64,000 bases of DNA from Candidatus Latescibacterota bacterium (GCA_965248755.1 OZ252149.1:2464001-2528000); one strand, 5' to 3'; positions 40,045 through 51,197 are shown, counted from the first letter of the stretch. The notes: generated by a model not told the origin, from the sequence alone. Numbers and translations: made by a program.

Positions 40045-40839
40045 CTACTCAGTTTGGTGATGTGATGTTTTTGCAGTTCGGGGTTTTGTTTGTTTTTTAG
40101 CCTGCCGCAGGCGGTAGCTTTCTCCATTGGCCTCCAGTATATGGCATCTGTGTGTAAGACGATCCAGGAGAGCGCCGGTTAATCGCTCAGAGCCAAAGAC
40201 CTCGATCCATTCATCAAAGGACAGGTTAGACGTGACCATGAGGCTATGATGCTCATACGCCTGGCTTATCACCTCGAACAGGAGTTCAGCCCCTGTTTTG
40301 GTAAAAGGAACATATCTCAATTCATCAAGAACAAGTACCTTAAGTCGCTGCAGTTGTTTCTGAAGTCTTTGCAGCCTCCTTTCTTCTCGGCATTCCAGTA
40401 ACTCTGTGACCAATTTGGTGACAGTAAAAAAGCGGACTTTTCGTCCCTGTGTACACGCGGCAAAGGCTAAGGCACATGCCAGATGTGTCTTGCCGGCACC
40501 GGGATTTCCAATGAGCAGAACATTTTCCTTTTTGTCGATGTACTCACCCCTCATCAGTTCTCGAATCAACGGTTCATTGAGAGAGGGTTGCACCTTGAAG
40601 TCATATGTGTCCATAGTTTTGATTACAGGGAAGTCAGCTTCTCTGACCCGTCTCTCTGCGGCTCTTTTTTCCCGGTCCAGTAGCTCCCTTTCCGCAAGGC
40701 GCATTAGATAGGTTTGGTAATCAGAACCATCGTTTCGGTATACTATAGCCATGGATGCGTATTCCCCGAGGATCGTTGGCAGCTTCAGTTTCTTCAAATA
40801 GTACTCTATTAGGACAGCTGGTTTATCTTTTTCATTCAT
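40045..40839 (-). CDS. istB: IS21 helper ATPase IstB
   Basis: GNPGAGKTHLA, VLDELRY, TSNL.F..W..VF, ALLDRLTH. Confidence 0.92.
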   Translation of the reverse strand: MNEKDKPAVLIEYYLKKLKLPTILGEYASMAIVYRNDGSDYQTYLMRLAERELLDREKRAAERRVREADFPVIKTMDTYDFKVQPSLNEPLIRELMRGEYIDKKENVLLIGNPGAGKTHLACALAFAACTQGRKVRFFTVTKLVTELLECREERRLQRLQKQLQRLKVLVLDELRYVPFTKTGAELLFEVISQAYEHHSLMVTSNLSFDEWIEVFGSERLTGALLDRLTHRCHILEANGESYRLRQAKKQTKPRTAKTSHHQTE

Positions 40840-41526
40840 GCCGCACCTCCGTCAGACAAGAGTAAGCTATACGCCGATATATCCGGCTTGTCTACTTGTA
40901 CTCGACGAAGATGTTCGCAGCCGTCAAGGTTAAACGTTGTAAGTCCGAGTGATGGCCGGGGAATAAGGAACTGGGCAATGGCATCTCTGCTGTGGGCTCG
41001 TATGCATACGCCCTTTTCAACTGCCCGTTTGAGTTTGGCCACGGGATAGTCTTCCAGAAGTCGGAGTACCCTGATAAATTCCCTGATTCCATATCCTTCT
41101 TTTTCTTCCTCTGCAACCAACCGCCGGCGTAACGTGTCAAAACATTCCGGTAGATTCAGCTCTGCCCATCGGACGAGCGTCATCAAGTGACCCCGGCTTT
41201 CGTTCCAACAGAGGAAGATAATGGACGTAATCAAAAAAGATTCCCTGCTTGCCCCATGACCGTTTATGTTCAGCAACTATAGTTGCTATATGACAGAGAA
41301 CAACACGATCAAAATAACCTTTGGCCAGTATCTCATGATGGGCATAAGCAACCGGCACAGAATAGTCATTGTCGTCAAACCTGACAAGAGATAAGGTATT
41401 GGCCCTGGTCGGATGTTTCCTACACGCGTCAAAGGGAGAGGGCAGCAAAGGGATAAAAGCAGCCTGATCTTCAAACAGAAGTTCCGCTTAAGTTCCAGTC
41501 TGGCCCCGAAGACTGCGCTTCATATC
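40836..41526 (-). pseudogene. istA: IS21 transposase IstA 3' remnant (frameshifted, 5'-truncated)
   Basis: SLVRFDDNDYSVP, HYLPLLERKPGSL and REFIRVLRLL lie in different frames. Confidence 0.85.
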
Positions 41527-42873
41527 GGGTGTGTAAGGAAATTTGTGTAAATGGGGAAATGAGTTATATTAGTTGTCCACCATTTACATAAGGAGTTCTT
41601 ACATGGACAAGCTAGACCCGAAGTTGATTGATGAGCTTTTGAAGGATTACAAGAAGCCGGAAGACATAATTGGTGAGGAAGGTCTTTTGAAGCAGTTGAC
41701 GAAGGCGATTCTTGAGCGGGCTCTGGAGTCAGAGCTTACGTATGAGTTAGGCTACGATAAGAGTTCTCCAGAAGGGAGGAACAGCGGTAATTCGCGCAAC
41801 GGTAGGAGCACAAAGGGATTGAAGACAGATTATGGTGATCTGGAGATATCGGTGCCACGGGATCGGAACAGTCAGTTTGATCCGCAGATAGTGAGGAAGG
41901 GGCAGAGGCGATTTACAGGCTTTGATGATAAGATACTGTCTATGTATGCCCGAGGGATGACCACACGTGATATACAGGCTCATTTGGAGGAGATATACGG
42001 TGTAGAGGTGTCCCCTGATTTGATATCGACTGTGACCGATGGGATCATATCAGAGGTGAAGCAGTGGCAGGATCGTCCTTTGGAAGGGGTGTATCCCATA
42101 GTATTCTTTGATTCTCTGGTGATGAAGATTAGAGACGAAGGCCGGATCGTAAACAAGGCGGTGTATCTTGCGGTAGGGGTCGGTCTGGATGGGATGAAAG
42201 ACGTTTTGGGTATCTGGATTGCAAAGAGCGAGGGGGCGAAGTTCTGGCTGCAAGTTTTCACGGAGCTTAAGAATCGGGGGATGAACGATGTGTTGATAGC
42301 TTGCGTGGATGGTCTCCAGGGTCTTCCAGAGGCTATTGAATCCGTATTTCCCCAAGCAGAGGTCCAGCTCTGTATTGTCCATGTGGTGAGGAATTCCTTG
42401 AAGTTCGTGTCGTATAAGGACCATAAGAAGATTGCCGCCGACCTCAAGAATATATACCGAGCCCCCACGGTAGAACAGGCTGAAGAGGCCCTTGGAGATT
42501 TTCAGGAGGCTTGGGACAGCCGTTATCCGATGATAAGTAAATCGTGGCAGAATAACTGGTCTCGGATCATCCCGTTTTTCGCCTACTCTGAAGAGATCCG
42601 AAGGGTGATCTATACCACAAACGCCATCGAATCGCTTAATAACTCTCTACGGAAAGTAATAAAGAACAGAAATAGCTTCCCAAACGACGAGACAGCGATT
42701 AAGTTACTCTATATGACACTCAAGAATATCAAGAAAAAATGGACGATGCCGATCAGGAACTGGAGCTTGGCCATTCACCAATTCTCCATCCACTTCGAGG
42801 GGAGATTTGGTATAGAATAAGCCGAAAAGGGTACAGAAGAAAATCCCATTTACACAAAAAAACTGACAGACCC
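41527..42873 (+). mobile_element. IS256-family element, copy 1 (1347 bp)
   Basis: 29-bp imperfect IRs ending GTGTAAATGGG; near-identical to 45594-46940. Confidence 0.92.
41603..42820 (+). CDS. IS256-family transposase
   Basis: NSRNG, VPRDR, ACVDGL, QLCIVH, IYTTNAIES. Confidence 0.95.
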   Translation: MDKLDPKLIDELLKDYKKPEDIIGEEGLLKQLTKAILERALESELTYELGYDKSSPEGRNSGNSRNGRSTKGLKTDYGDLEISVPRDRNSQFDPQIVRKGQRRFTGFDDKILSMYARGMTTRDIQAHLEEIYGVEVSPDLISTVTDGIISEVKQWQDRPLEGVYPIVFFDSLVMKIRDEGRIVNKAVYLAVGVGLDGMKDVLGIWIAKSEGAKFWLQVFTELKNRGMNDVLIACVDGLQGLPEAIESVFPQAEVQLCIVHVVRNSLKFVSYKDHKKIAADLKNIYRAPTVEQAEEALGDFQEAWDSRYPMISKSWQNNWSRIIPFFAYSEEIRRVIYTTNAIESLNNSLRKVIKNRNSFPNDETAIKLLYMTLKNIKKKWTMPIRNWSLAIHQFSIHFEGRFGIE

Positions 42874-43039
42874 TTCTTATAGCTTCAACTTTGGGTATTT
42901 TGATCCCCATTGTTTTCAAAAAGCTGGGCGTAGATCCCGCTGTGGCCTCAGGGCTTCGATAACCACAGCAAACGATGTTCTGGGGTTGTCTATCTATCTG
43001 TCTCTGGCTACAGCTATGCTCAGACATTTTAACCCTTAA
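42874..43039 (+). pseudogene. mgtE: MgtE magnesium transporter 3' remnant
   Basis: LIPIVFKKLGVDPAVASG / frameshift / ITTANDVLGLSIYLSLA. Confidence 0.8.
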
Positions 43040-43133
43040 AGTTGCTTTTGTGAGATAAGTGTATGGGCTCATTTGGAGCCACTACTTGTGTTTTTATCGA
43101 CGCATATTGTAAAGATGACACCAGCTTGAAGTT

Positions 43134-43775
43134 CTAAGGAGCGACAGTATTGGCGAACACGTCGATGTCCACTTTGATGTGTTCATCTAACTTAAGGATT
43201 ACCATCGAGGGAACTTTGATGTTATAGTCTGAAAGCTTTATGATAAAAGTGCCCTCGACTCGCATTAAATCCCCGGGAAGCCTTAAGCGCGTCGTTTCGC
43301 TCTCCTTGAAGTAGGTGACCTTTAAGTCCATCTGCTGTTTACGCTTGACACCGTGGAGTTCAAATGTTCCCTCAGCTACAAGATCTACTGCCTCCTGATC
43401 CGCCAGGGCGTCTTTGGAGGCTGAAATGACCTTATCCAGCGTAAATATAACCTTGGGGAATTTATCGGTCTCAAGGTATTTATCCCGCATGTGCGCATCT
43501 CTTAGGTCTATTCCTGTCTTCATGCTGGCTAAATTGACCTCGAACCTGGCGGAAGTCCGATCCTTGATGTTCATCGGATTGACTTTAATATCCCCTGTGA
43601 TCTGATTGGTAACCCCAACGATCGTCTCCAAAGGAGCGTGGGATTCAAATCTCATCACGTTCCGCCCTACCTTGTCCTGAGCGTAGAAGGTGGTGGGACC
43701 AGCCAGAACTGTTGAGGATAATATCAAATATAGGAGTGCGCTGAAGAATAGAGTCCTAAAGATGATTTTTCTCAT
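43134..43775 (-). CDS. YceI-family lipid/polyisoprenoid-binding protein
   Basis: Signal peptide; TGIDLRDAHM...LETDKFP...F; LHGVK; DYNI. Confidence 0.9.
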   Translation of the reverse strand: MRKIIFRTLFFSALLYLILSSTVLAGPTTFYAQDKVGRNVMRFESHAPLETIVGVTNQITGDIKVNPMNIKDRTSARFEVNLASMKTGIDLRDAHMRDKYLETDKFPKVIFTLDKVISASKDALADQEAVDLVAEGTFELHGVKRKQQMDLKVTYFKESETTRLRLPGDLMRVEGTFIIKLSDYNIKVPSMVILKLDEHIKVDIDVFANTVAP

Positions 43776-44135
43776 ATTTACCTCCTTAGAGAGTTGATGG
43801 TTTTTTACCTATCTTCTTGCGGAATTAAGATACGAAATTATAGCAACAGAGTCAATAGAAAAATCGTGTGATCGTCTATCACCTCCCTGTCATTAGTAAA
43901 GGTAAGGAGGCGCTTGACGAAAGTGCGATCATGTGACCGAAGATCGGGAAAGCTTATGTGAATTTGGCTTGACAAAATTTGGCGATAGAATAAATTTAGA
44001 CTTTAAGCTGCTGTTCTTAATCTTTAGATGGGGTTATCTGCTGATATTTCGAGTCAAGCGGAACATCCGCCGCGATAGCAGATTAAGGATCTTTCCCTGG
44101 TGGCTATGATAGTGAAGGGAGGCAGATGAGATAAT

Positions 44136-45095
44136 ATGTCGGATCTTTACTTGGGTGTCGATTTAGGCGGGACGAATGTGTGCTCGGCTCTGTTAGATGA
44201 GGATGGGAATATATTGGGGAGAGATAAGAGACCGATGCTATTTGATTTGGGCGTGGACAGAGCGATAGAGACGATGATTGCGAGTATGAAAAACGCCCTG
44301 AAGGACGTAAGATATAAGGTCTCCGATTTAAAGGCGATAGGGATAGGGTCTCCCGGCCCTTTGAATCCGTTTACGGGTGTGATAATAAACGCTGTCAATT
44401 TGCCGGGGTTTCGGAATTTACCCTTAAAGGCAATCATGGAAGAGGAATTTGGGGTTCCCGTAGCGGTGGACAACGATGCCAATGTAGTGGCCCTCGGGGA
44501 ACAGTGGAAAGGCGCTGGAAAGGGTGTCAAAAATTTTCTGTGTGTCACGCTGGGGACAGGCATAGGAGGAGGAGTCATATCTGACGGAAACCTTTTGAGA
44601 GGGTTCAACGGCAACGCCGCTGAAGTTGGTCACATAACCGTAGATTACAATGGGCCTCGGTGCAACTGTGGAAATTATGGGTGCGTTGAGGTGTACGCCT
44701 CTGCGACGGCGATGGTCAGGAGGACTATAGAAAAGATGGAAAAAGAAAAGCCGGACACAAGTTTGAAGGAGGCGCAAAAGATCACAACTGAGGAGATATT
44801 CAAGGCGGCAAAGGCGGGCGACAAGTTCGCTTCGGGTATGTTTAAGGAAACAGGAAAGTTTTTGGGCATCGGCATCGTGAGTATGATAAACGTGCTGAAC
44901 GTTGAAGTAGTGGCGATAGGGGGAGGTTTGGCGGGAGCGGGGGACCTGATATTTGAGCCGGTCAGGGAGGTCGTTCTGGAACGGGGAATCTTAGGTGTTA
45001 AGGAAAAAGTCCGGATTGTCCCTGTGGAGTTGGGGGATGACGCTCCGCTTCTGGGAGCGGTGAGGTTGGCTATGGAAGGGGGAGCCTCTGCTTAG
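44136..45095 (+). CDS. ROK-family sugar kinase (glucokinase-like)
   Basis: GVDLGGT, DNDAN, TLGTGIGGG, EVGH, CNCGNYGCVE. Confidence 0.93.
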   Translation: MSDLYLGVDLGGTNVCSALLDEDGNILGRDKRPMLFDLGVDRAIETMIASMKNALKDVRYKVSDLKAIGIGSPGPLNPFTGVIINAVNLPGFRNLPLKAIMEEEFGVPVAVDNDANVVALGEQWKGAGKGVKNFLCVTLGTGIGGGVISDGNLLRGFNGNAAEVGHITVDYNGPRCNCGNYGCVEVYASATAMVRRTIEKMEKEKPDTSLKEAQKITTEEIFKAAKAGDKFASGMFKETGKFLGIGIVSMINVLNVEVVAIGGGLAGAGDLIFEPVREVVLERGILGVKEKVRIVPVELGDDAPLLGAVRLAMEGGASA

Positions 45096-45555
45096 GGGTT
45101 TTGGATCTATATGTGCGGCGGCTTTAATTCTTGTTCTGTCGGGGAATGCGGAAGTGCTGGCTCAGCCAGAAAGCTCCGAAGCGGATACAGCCATAAAGAT
45201 CAAGTCTCCGACAGGCGCGCTCCTTAGATCTCTGGTAGTCCCGGGATGGGGACAGTTCTACAACCAGAAGCACATAAAGACTGGCTTGGTGGCCACAGCT
45301 GAGATTTCTCTCCTTGCGGCGGCTATCGTCAGGAATAATCAGGCACAGCAGAGCGCGTCCTTGGCTGAAAAGGACTCTTTGAAAGAGAGCAGAAATACTT
45401 TCTTTATTTGGCTTATGGGAACGGTTCTCTACAGCATCATAGACGCCTACGTGGACGCCCATTTATACGACTTTGAGGAGAAAAAAGGCGAAGGGGTTGA
45501 GGTTTCTGTAGATATAAGGGGAGCAGGTTTAGCGATTCGGATGGATTTCTACTGA
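45088..45555 (+). CDS. DUF5683-like membrane protein (start uncertain: CTG 45088 or GTG 45154)
   Basis: KSPTGALLRSLVVPGWGQFYN; IIDAYVDAHL. Confidence 0.8.
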   Translation: MLRGFGSICAAALILVLSGNAEVLAQPESSEADTAIKIKSPTGALLRSLVVPGWGQFYNQKHIKTGLVATAEISLLAAAIVRNNQAQQSASLAEKDSLKESRNTFFIWLMGTVLYSIIDAYVDAHLYDFEEKKGEGVEVSVDIRGAGLAIRMDFY

Positions 45556-45593
45556 CCATAAAAAAGCACAGTGAGTATCTTCCCAATGTGCTT

Positions 45594-46940
45594 GGCTGTG
45601 TAAGGAAATTTGTGTAAATGGGGAAATGAGTTATATTAGTTGGCCACCATTTACATAAGGAGTTCTTACATGGACAAGCTAGACCCGAAGTTGATTGATG
45701 AGCTTTTGAAGGACTACAAGAAGCCGGAAGACATAATTGGTGAGGAAGGTCTTTTGAAGCAGTTGACGAAGGCGATTCTTGAGCGGGCTCTGGAGTCAGA
45801 GCTTACGTATGAGTTAGGCTACGATAAGAGTTCTCCAGAAGGGAGGAACAGCGGTAATTCGCGCAACGGTAGGAGCACAAAGGGATCGAAGACAGATTAT
45901 GGTGATCTGGAGATATCGGTGCCACGGGATCGGAACAGTCAGTTTGATCCGCAGATAGTGAGGAAGGGGCAGAGGCGATTTACAGGCTTTGATGATAAGA
46001 TACTATCTATGTATGCCCGAGGGATGACCACACGTGATATACAGGCTCATTTCGAGGAGATATACGGTGTAGAGGTGTCCCCTGATTTGATATCGACTGT
46101 GACCGATGGGATCATATCAGAGGTGAAGCAGTGGCAGGATCGTCCTTGGGAAGGGGTGTATCCCATAGTATTCTTTGATTCTCTGGTGATGAAGATTAGA
46201 GACGAAGGCCGGATCGTAAACAAGGCGGTGTATCTTGCGGTAGGGGTCGGTCTGGATGGGATGAAAGACGTTTTGGGTATCTGGATTGCAAAGAGCGAGG
46301 GGGCGAAGTTCTGGCTGCAAGTTTTCACGGAGCTTAAGAATCGGGGGATGAACGATGTGTTGATAGCTTGCGTGGATGGTCTCCAGGGTCTTCCAGAGGC
46401 TATTGAATCCGTATTTCCCCAAGCAGAGGTCCAGCTCTGTATTGTCCATGTGGTGAGGAATTCCTTGAAGTTCGTGTCGTATAGGGATCGTAAGAAGATT
46501 GCCACCGACCTCAAGAATATATACCGAGCCCCCACGGTAGAACAGGCTGAAGAGGCCCTTGGAGATTTTCAGGAGGCTTGGGACAGCCGTTATCCGATGA
46601 TAAGTAAATCGTGGCAGAATAACTGGTCTCGGATCATCCCGTTTTTCGCCTACTCTGAAGAGATCCGAAGGGTGATCTATACCACAAACGCCATCGAATC
46701 GCTTAATAACTCTCTACGGAAAGTAATAAAGAACAGAAATAGCTTCCCAAACGACGAGGCAGCGATTAAGTTACTCTATATGGCACTCGAGAATATCAAG
46801 AAAAAATGGACGATGCCGATCAGGAACTGGAGCTTGGCCATTCACCAATTCTCCATCCACTTCGAGGGGAGATTTGGTATAGAATAAGCCGAAAAGGGAA
46901 CAGAAGAAAATCCCATTTACACAAAAAAACTGACAGACCC
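45594..46940 (+). mobile_element. IS256-family element, copy 2 (1347 bp)
   Basis: Same IRs and near-identical sequence to copy 1. Confidence 0.92.
45670..46887 (+). CDS. IS256-family transposase
   Basis: Same motifs as 41603-42820, few substitutions. Confidence 0.95.
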   Translation: MDKLDPKLIDELLKDYKKPEDIIGEEGLLKQLTKAILERALESELTYELGYDKSSPEGRNSGNSRNGRSTKGSKTDYGDLEISVPRDRNSQFDPQIVRKGQRRFTGFDDKILSMYARGMTTRDIQAHFEEIYGVEVSPDLISTVTDGIISEVKQWQDRPWEGVYPIVFFDSLVMKIRDEGRIVNKAVYLAVGVGLDGMKDVLGIWIAKSEGAKFWLQVFTELKNRGMNDVLIACVDGLQGLPEAIESVFPQAEVQLCIVHVVRNSLKFVSYRDRKKIATDLKNIYRAPTVEQAEEALGDFQEAWDSRYPMISKSWQNNWSRIIPFFAYSEEIRRVIYTTNAIESLNNSLRKVIKNRNSFPNDEAAIKLLYMALENIKKKWTMPIRNWSLAIHQFSIHFEGRFGIE

Positions 46941-47177
46941 TGCGCAGATGGGATTATTTCTATAGACGGTGCAACTGCTCTTTAGTTCCCCCGATCTCAC
47001 CTTAGTAAAAAAGTTCAAGTTATCGGCCCTTTATCGCTCTACTTTTCATCTTCCTCCAAGTACCTGGCCCCAACATTGTGGGGCCCACAACAACACTTGC
47101 ATCTATCACAACCCGGAAGGAAAAGTGCTCCACCTCAACAGTGATCGTATTCTCCCCGATGAAGCGTTATCTGGAAC

Positions 47178-48806
47178 CTATCTCATCAATACCAGTTTTC
47201 TCGTCTGAACTAATCTATCTGTTTTCATCCGATACAGATAGCTTCCGCTGGCAAAGCCCTCACCGTCATCCTATTCTCCATCACCAGAATTTGAGCCTTC
47301 TCCGCCATCTTCTCCTTCCCCATCATCTTCTCCTTCTTCCTCCTCTGGTCCTTCTTCAATTTCAGCTAACTCCTGGTTATCTTCGTCATCTACGTCATCT
47401 ACACCATCGTTATCATCGTCATTGTCTTCGTCGTCGTTTATGCCGTCATTGTCATCATCCTCGTCATCCACATCTGACAATCCGTCGTTGTCATTATCCC
47501 CATCAAATTCATCTTCAACTTCTTCTTCTATCTCATTTTTATTTTCATCAAATTCAACCGATGAAAGACTATCTGGAACACCATCATTGTTATCATCAGT
47601 ATCCAACGAATCGGGGATACCATCATTATCATCGTCTTCATCCTGTAAATCTGGGATACCATCATTGTCGTCGTCATCATCATTCACATCATCAATTCCA
47701 TCATTGTCAAAATCGTTATCAATGCAGTTTACTTCTGAATCCAGTATTCCGTCATTGTTGGCATCAGTATCCAACGAATCGGGGATACCATCGTTGTCAT
47801 CATCATCGTCTTCCTCGTCGTTTATACCATCATTATCATCATCTTGATCAATGTCGTCATTTTGGCCGTCATTGTCAAAGTCTGAGGTTTCGCAAGAGGC
47901 AAAATTATCATCTATTCCATCATTATTGGCATCAGCATCCTCCGAATTTGGGATACCATCGTTGTCATCATCATCATCCTGCTCATCCGGTATCCCATCA
48001 TTGTCATCGTCATCATCAATATTGTCTGGAATTCCGTCATCATCGAAATCATCATCAACACCCAAATCATTTTCAAGTTCTCCTTAAAATTCGCTAAATT
48101 CTGCATTTAAGCTGTCCACTTGGGCACTAAAGACATTTTCTAGTGAGTCTAATTCAACATCGCCAGTCTGCTCTGCGAGTTCAGATAGCTCGACTGTTAA
48201 AGTGTCTAACTGTTTTATTTCAGCCCCTAATTGAACGGTGTTGTCATCAAGATTCTCATCACTATTTTCAATGTTTGTTTCTAAGCTGTCAATTAAAACC
48301 TTAACAGTATTACCAGCATAAAGTATCTTTATTCTTCTGACTAAATCAGTAACGTATGGATCATTTCTTGAGATTGCAAATCTAATCAAAGAGTTTAAAT
48401 TAGTTGGGATACTTTCTGAACTTGCCCTCACATTAGTAAATGTGCTTGCTAATTGAATTTTTTCTGTAGAAGAAATTGCTATTGCGATACTAGAGGATCT
48501 AAGTTTCGGTACTTGAATGACTGGCTGATCAGGAATGCCTGTTTTCCCAAAGTTATCCAGAAACATCACAAAGTCGGATAGCCCTACTGCTCCATCGCTA
48601 TCCAGATCAAATGTAGGATCCCAACCGACTGAACTAGTCGTTGTCCCGAACACATCCAGAAAAAGGACAAAATCAGAAAGACCTACTTCATTGTCCCCAT
48701 CAAAATCTCCTACAGGAGGAGCATTGGTGCTGGAAAGATCCTCTGCATAGGCAAGCGCATTCAAAGCGACTAACAGGATCATTGCAACATAGAGTATCCG
48801 CGTCAT
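47178..48806 (-). pseudogene. Secreted dockerin/EF-hand-like + TSP3-like acidic repeat protein with partial sorting tail, broken by two in-frame stops
   Basis: ORFs 48084-48806 and 47271-48065 share a frame; after TAG it continues DDGEGFASGSYLYRMKTDRLVQTRKLVLMR*. Confidence 0.75.
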
Positions 48807-49133
48807 TTTAGCCCTCCTTAGTTACAGATAGATATAGAACTGGTTGAAACTATTTGAACTAAAGGAATTTCTTGTGTATCTTGGTTGTTTGTAAAGAAAC
48901 TCTACATTCAACAATGGAGGGAACAACCATGAGCACTATACCGACCGAACTGACCCAAGGACAGTTTGAACAACACAATGGGTAGAAGGGCAAGACCCCT
49001 CCTGTGGTCATATGATACTATCTATAGACGCTTCAAGTGTTCTCCGGTTCGCCCTCCTTCTACAAGTTCCTAGGGATCAAGTTTGTGTGATTCATTTCTG
49101 CTTGTTAAGATATACTATGACTCAAGGGATTTC

Positions 49134-49149
49134 TGTGATCAGAATCACG
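49134..49149. promoter_or_regulatory. CRP-type box
   Basis: TGTGA-TCAGAA-TCACG (9/10 consensus match) upstream of the 48806 gene. Confidence 0.4.
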
Positions 49150-49185
49150 AATACTGCAATATTTTTGAGAGAAACTGAAATAGTC

Positions 49186-49740
49186 TCAACTGTTCTCGAT
49201 CTCCCCCGATCTTAATCTTTCCAAAAGACCCGATCTCACCTGCGTGAAGAAGTCCAGAGCCATATCCGTCAGATAGTCTGGATACGTCCACTCAAACGGC
49301 TCAAATTTTCCGTGTACGTAACTCAGGGTCATTTCGCCGAATATACCGTCGGCTATGTACAGCCGATGCGAAAAATCCTTGGTCGAGGCCAGAACGAGTT
49401 TCGAAGGGCAGACATATCCGGGGTCTATATTGACCCGTCTTTTTATGCCATCATAAGTTTTGATCCCGAATTCATCTTCTATCTTGTTCGTAGCAGTCTT
49501 AATTCTGGACAGGTCGCTCATATCTATAAGATCTTTGAAGCACACGAAGCACTTAGTCAATCCGCTCCCCATCTCCTTGTCGTAATACGAAGTGTGAGTA
49601 ACCGGGAAGACGGGACTTTCCATCCACAGGGGACCGAACATCTCTGTGAGCCGCTCTTTTGCCACTTCCTTCACCGACACATCACAAGCCATAATAGCGG
49701 CAATAAGCACTGCTGGATCAGGATTTCTGTTCTTGCCCAC
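49186..49740 (-). CDS. DUF4416-family protein
   Basis: TSYYDKEMG, RRVNIDPGY, VLASTKDFSHRLY, WTYPDY. Confidence 0.85.
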   Translation of the reverse strand: MGKNRNPDPAVLIAAIMACDVSVKEVAKERLTEMFGPLWMESPVFPVTHTSYYDKEMGSGLTKCFVCFKDLIDMSDLSRIKTATNKIEDEFGIKTYDGIKRRVNIDPGYVCPSKLVLASTKDFSHRLYIADGIFGEMTLSYVHGKFEPFEWTYPDYLTDMALDFFTQVRSGLLERLRSGEIENS

Positions 49741-49762
49741 TTTTATCGTCCCGGTTTTTTAC

Positions 49763-49791
49763 TTGATTTTGGCTCCAAGATCGAGTATAAT
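49763..49791 (+). promoter_or_regulatory. Sigma70-type promoter for hemL
   Basis: TTGATT-N17-TATAAT. Confidence 0.6.
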
Positions 49792-49858
49792 AAACTTCAA
49801 TAAATGTCAACAATGCAATGATAAGCTATTCCTTTAAATTACGCAAGGAGGAACACCT

Positions 49859-51151
49859 GTGGGAGAAAAATCCGGGCAGATGTTCGAAGAGGCTAAGAAG
49901 TATATTCCGGGAGGCGTGAACAGCCCCGCCAGAGCCTTCGGCCCCGTCGGCTGTGACCCGATATTCATCGAAAGAGGAAGCGGCTCGAAAGTCTACGACG
50001 TGGATGGAGTAGAATACATAGACTATATATGTTCGTGGGGCCCCCTGATAGCGGGTCACGCTCATCCCAAAGTTGTGGATGCGCTCAAGGATGCCTGCGG
50101 GAGGGGGACGAGTTTCGGTGCTACTACTCAAATAGAGACAGAGCTTGCGAAATTTATTGTGGAGTCCGTTCCTTCTATAGACATGGTCAGAATGGTGAAT
50201 TCAGGCACAGAGGCTACAATGGCGGCCGTGCGTCTAGCCAGGGGCTACACAGGAAGGGATAAGTTAATAAAGTTCGAGGGGTGTTATCACGGACATGCCG
50301 ACTCCTTTCTGATCAAGGCAGGATCGTCGGCTGCGACCCTGGGAGCGCCCGACAGTCCGGGCGTAACGCAGGCTACGGCAAAGGACACCGAAATCGTTCC
50401 GTTTAATGACATAGAAGCCGTGGAGACCGCAGTTGAAGCTTCAAATGGGAATATAGCAGCCATCATCGTGGAACCGATAGCCGGAAACATGGGCGTTGTC
50501 TCCCCTAAAGAAGGGTTCCTTGAGAGATTGAGAGAGATGACAGAAGAAGAGGGGGTCATCCTGATATTTGACGAGGTTATTACGGGCTTCAGGGTGAGCT
50601 TAGGCGGCGCTCAGGAGCTATACGGAGTTATCCCCGATTTGACCTGCCTGGGTAAGATAATAGGAGGGGGCCTCCCTGTCGGAGCTTACGGAGGCAGCAG
50701 GGACATTATGCAAAATGTATCCCCTTTGGGGGTGAAGGTCTTCCAGGCGGGAACCCTTTCGGGGAATCCATTAGCCATGACGGGAGGCTACGAGACCCTA
50801 AAGCTCGTAATAGAGGAAGGGTCGTACGAACGGCTTGAAAGCAAGGCGTCCGAGCTTTGTGAGGGATTTGAGGAGAACATAAGAAAGCTCGGGTTCAATC
50901 TGACCTTAAACCGAGTAGGCTCGATGTTCTGCCTCTATTTCACGGATCAAGAAGTAATAGATTACGCCTCTGCTTCCACATCAGATACCGACAGGTTCGC
51001 CAGGTACTTCAGGTCGATGCTCAAGCAGGGTATCAGCATCGCTCCTTCTCAATTTGAGGCGGGCTTCGTATCTTTGGTTCACACTGATGACGACATAGAA
51101 AAGACTATAGAGGCCAACTATAACGCCTTGAAGGCAGCAGACAGTATATAG
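49859..51151 (+). CDS. hemL: Glutamate-1-semialdehyde 2,1-aminomutase
   Basis: [50 protein letters not shown]. Confidence 0.97.
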   Translation: MGEKSGQMFEEAKKYIPGGVNSPARAFGPVGCDPIFIERGSGSKVYDVDGVEYIDYICSWGPLIAGHAHPKVVDALKDACGRGTSFGATTQIETELAKFIVESVPSIDMVRMVNSGTEATMAAVRLARGYTGRDKLIKFEGCYHGHADSFLIKAGSSAATLGAPDSPGVTQATAKDTEIVPFNDIEAVETAVEASNGNIAAIIVEPIAGNMGVVSPKEGFLERLREMTEEEGVILIFDEVITGFRVSLGGAQELYGVIPDLTCLGKIIGGGLPVGAYGGSRDIMQNVSPLGVKVFQAGTLSGNPLAMTGGYETLKLVIEEGSYERLESKASELCEGFEENIRKLGFNLTLNRVGSMFCLYFTDQEVIDYASASTSDTDRFARYFRSMLKQGISIAPSQFEAGFVSLVHTDDDIEKTIEANYNALKAADSI

Positions 51152-51197
51152 TTGACAGCGGACACTACCCTCTCCTCCCTTGAATCCCAGATCGAAC

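Larger units (their letters stand above)
39868..41526 (-). mobile_element. Partial IS21-family element
   Basis: TG...TGGCGGAGTAAAAGTGAGACGGTTGGCGG end; istB plus broken istA; other end removed at IS256. Confidence 0.85.

Noticed and set aside
44020..44100. glmS ribozyme-like leader before the ROK kinase
   Set aside because: Only GATGGGGTTATC resembles it; AGCGCC and GACGAGG core elements are missing
41527..46940. Composite transposon carrying yceI/ROK/DUF5683
   Set aside because: No outer target-site duplication, and the cargo looks like backbone genes with a truncated mgtE
47078..48097. His-rich and Ser-rich plus-strand ORFs
   Set aside because: Antisense translations of GAT/GAC-rich Asp repeats
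47178..48806. Alternative genetic code explaining TAA/TAG read-through
   Set aside because: Both codons end conserved housekeeping genes normally in this window
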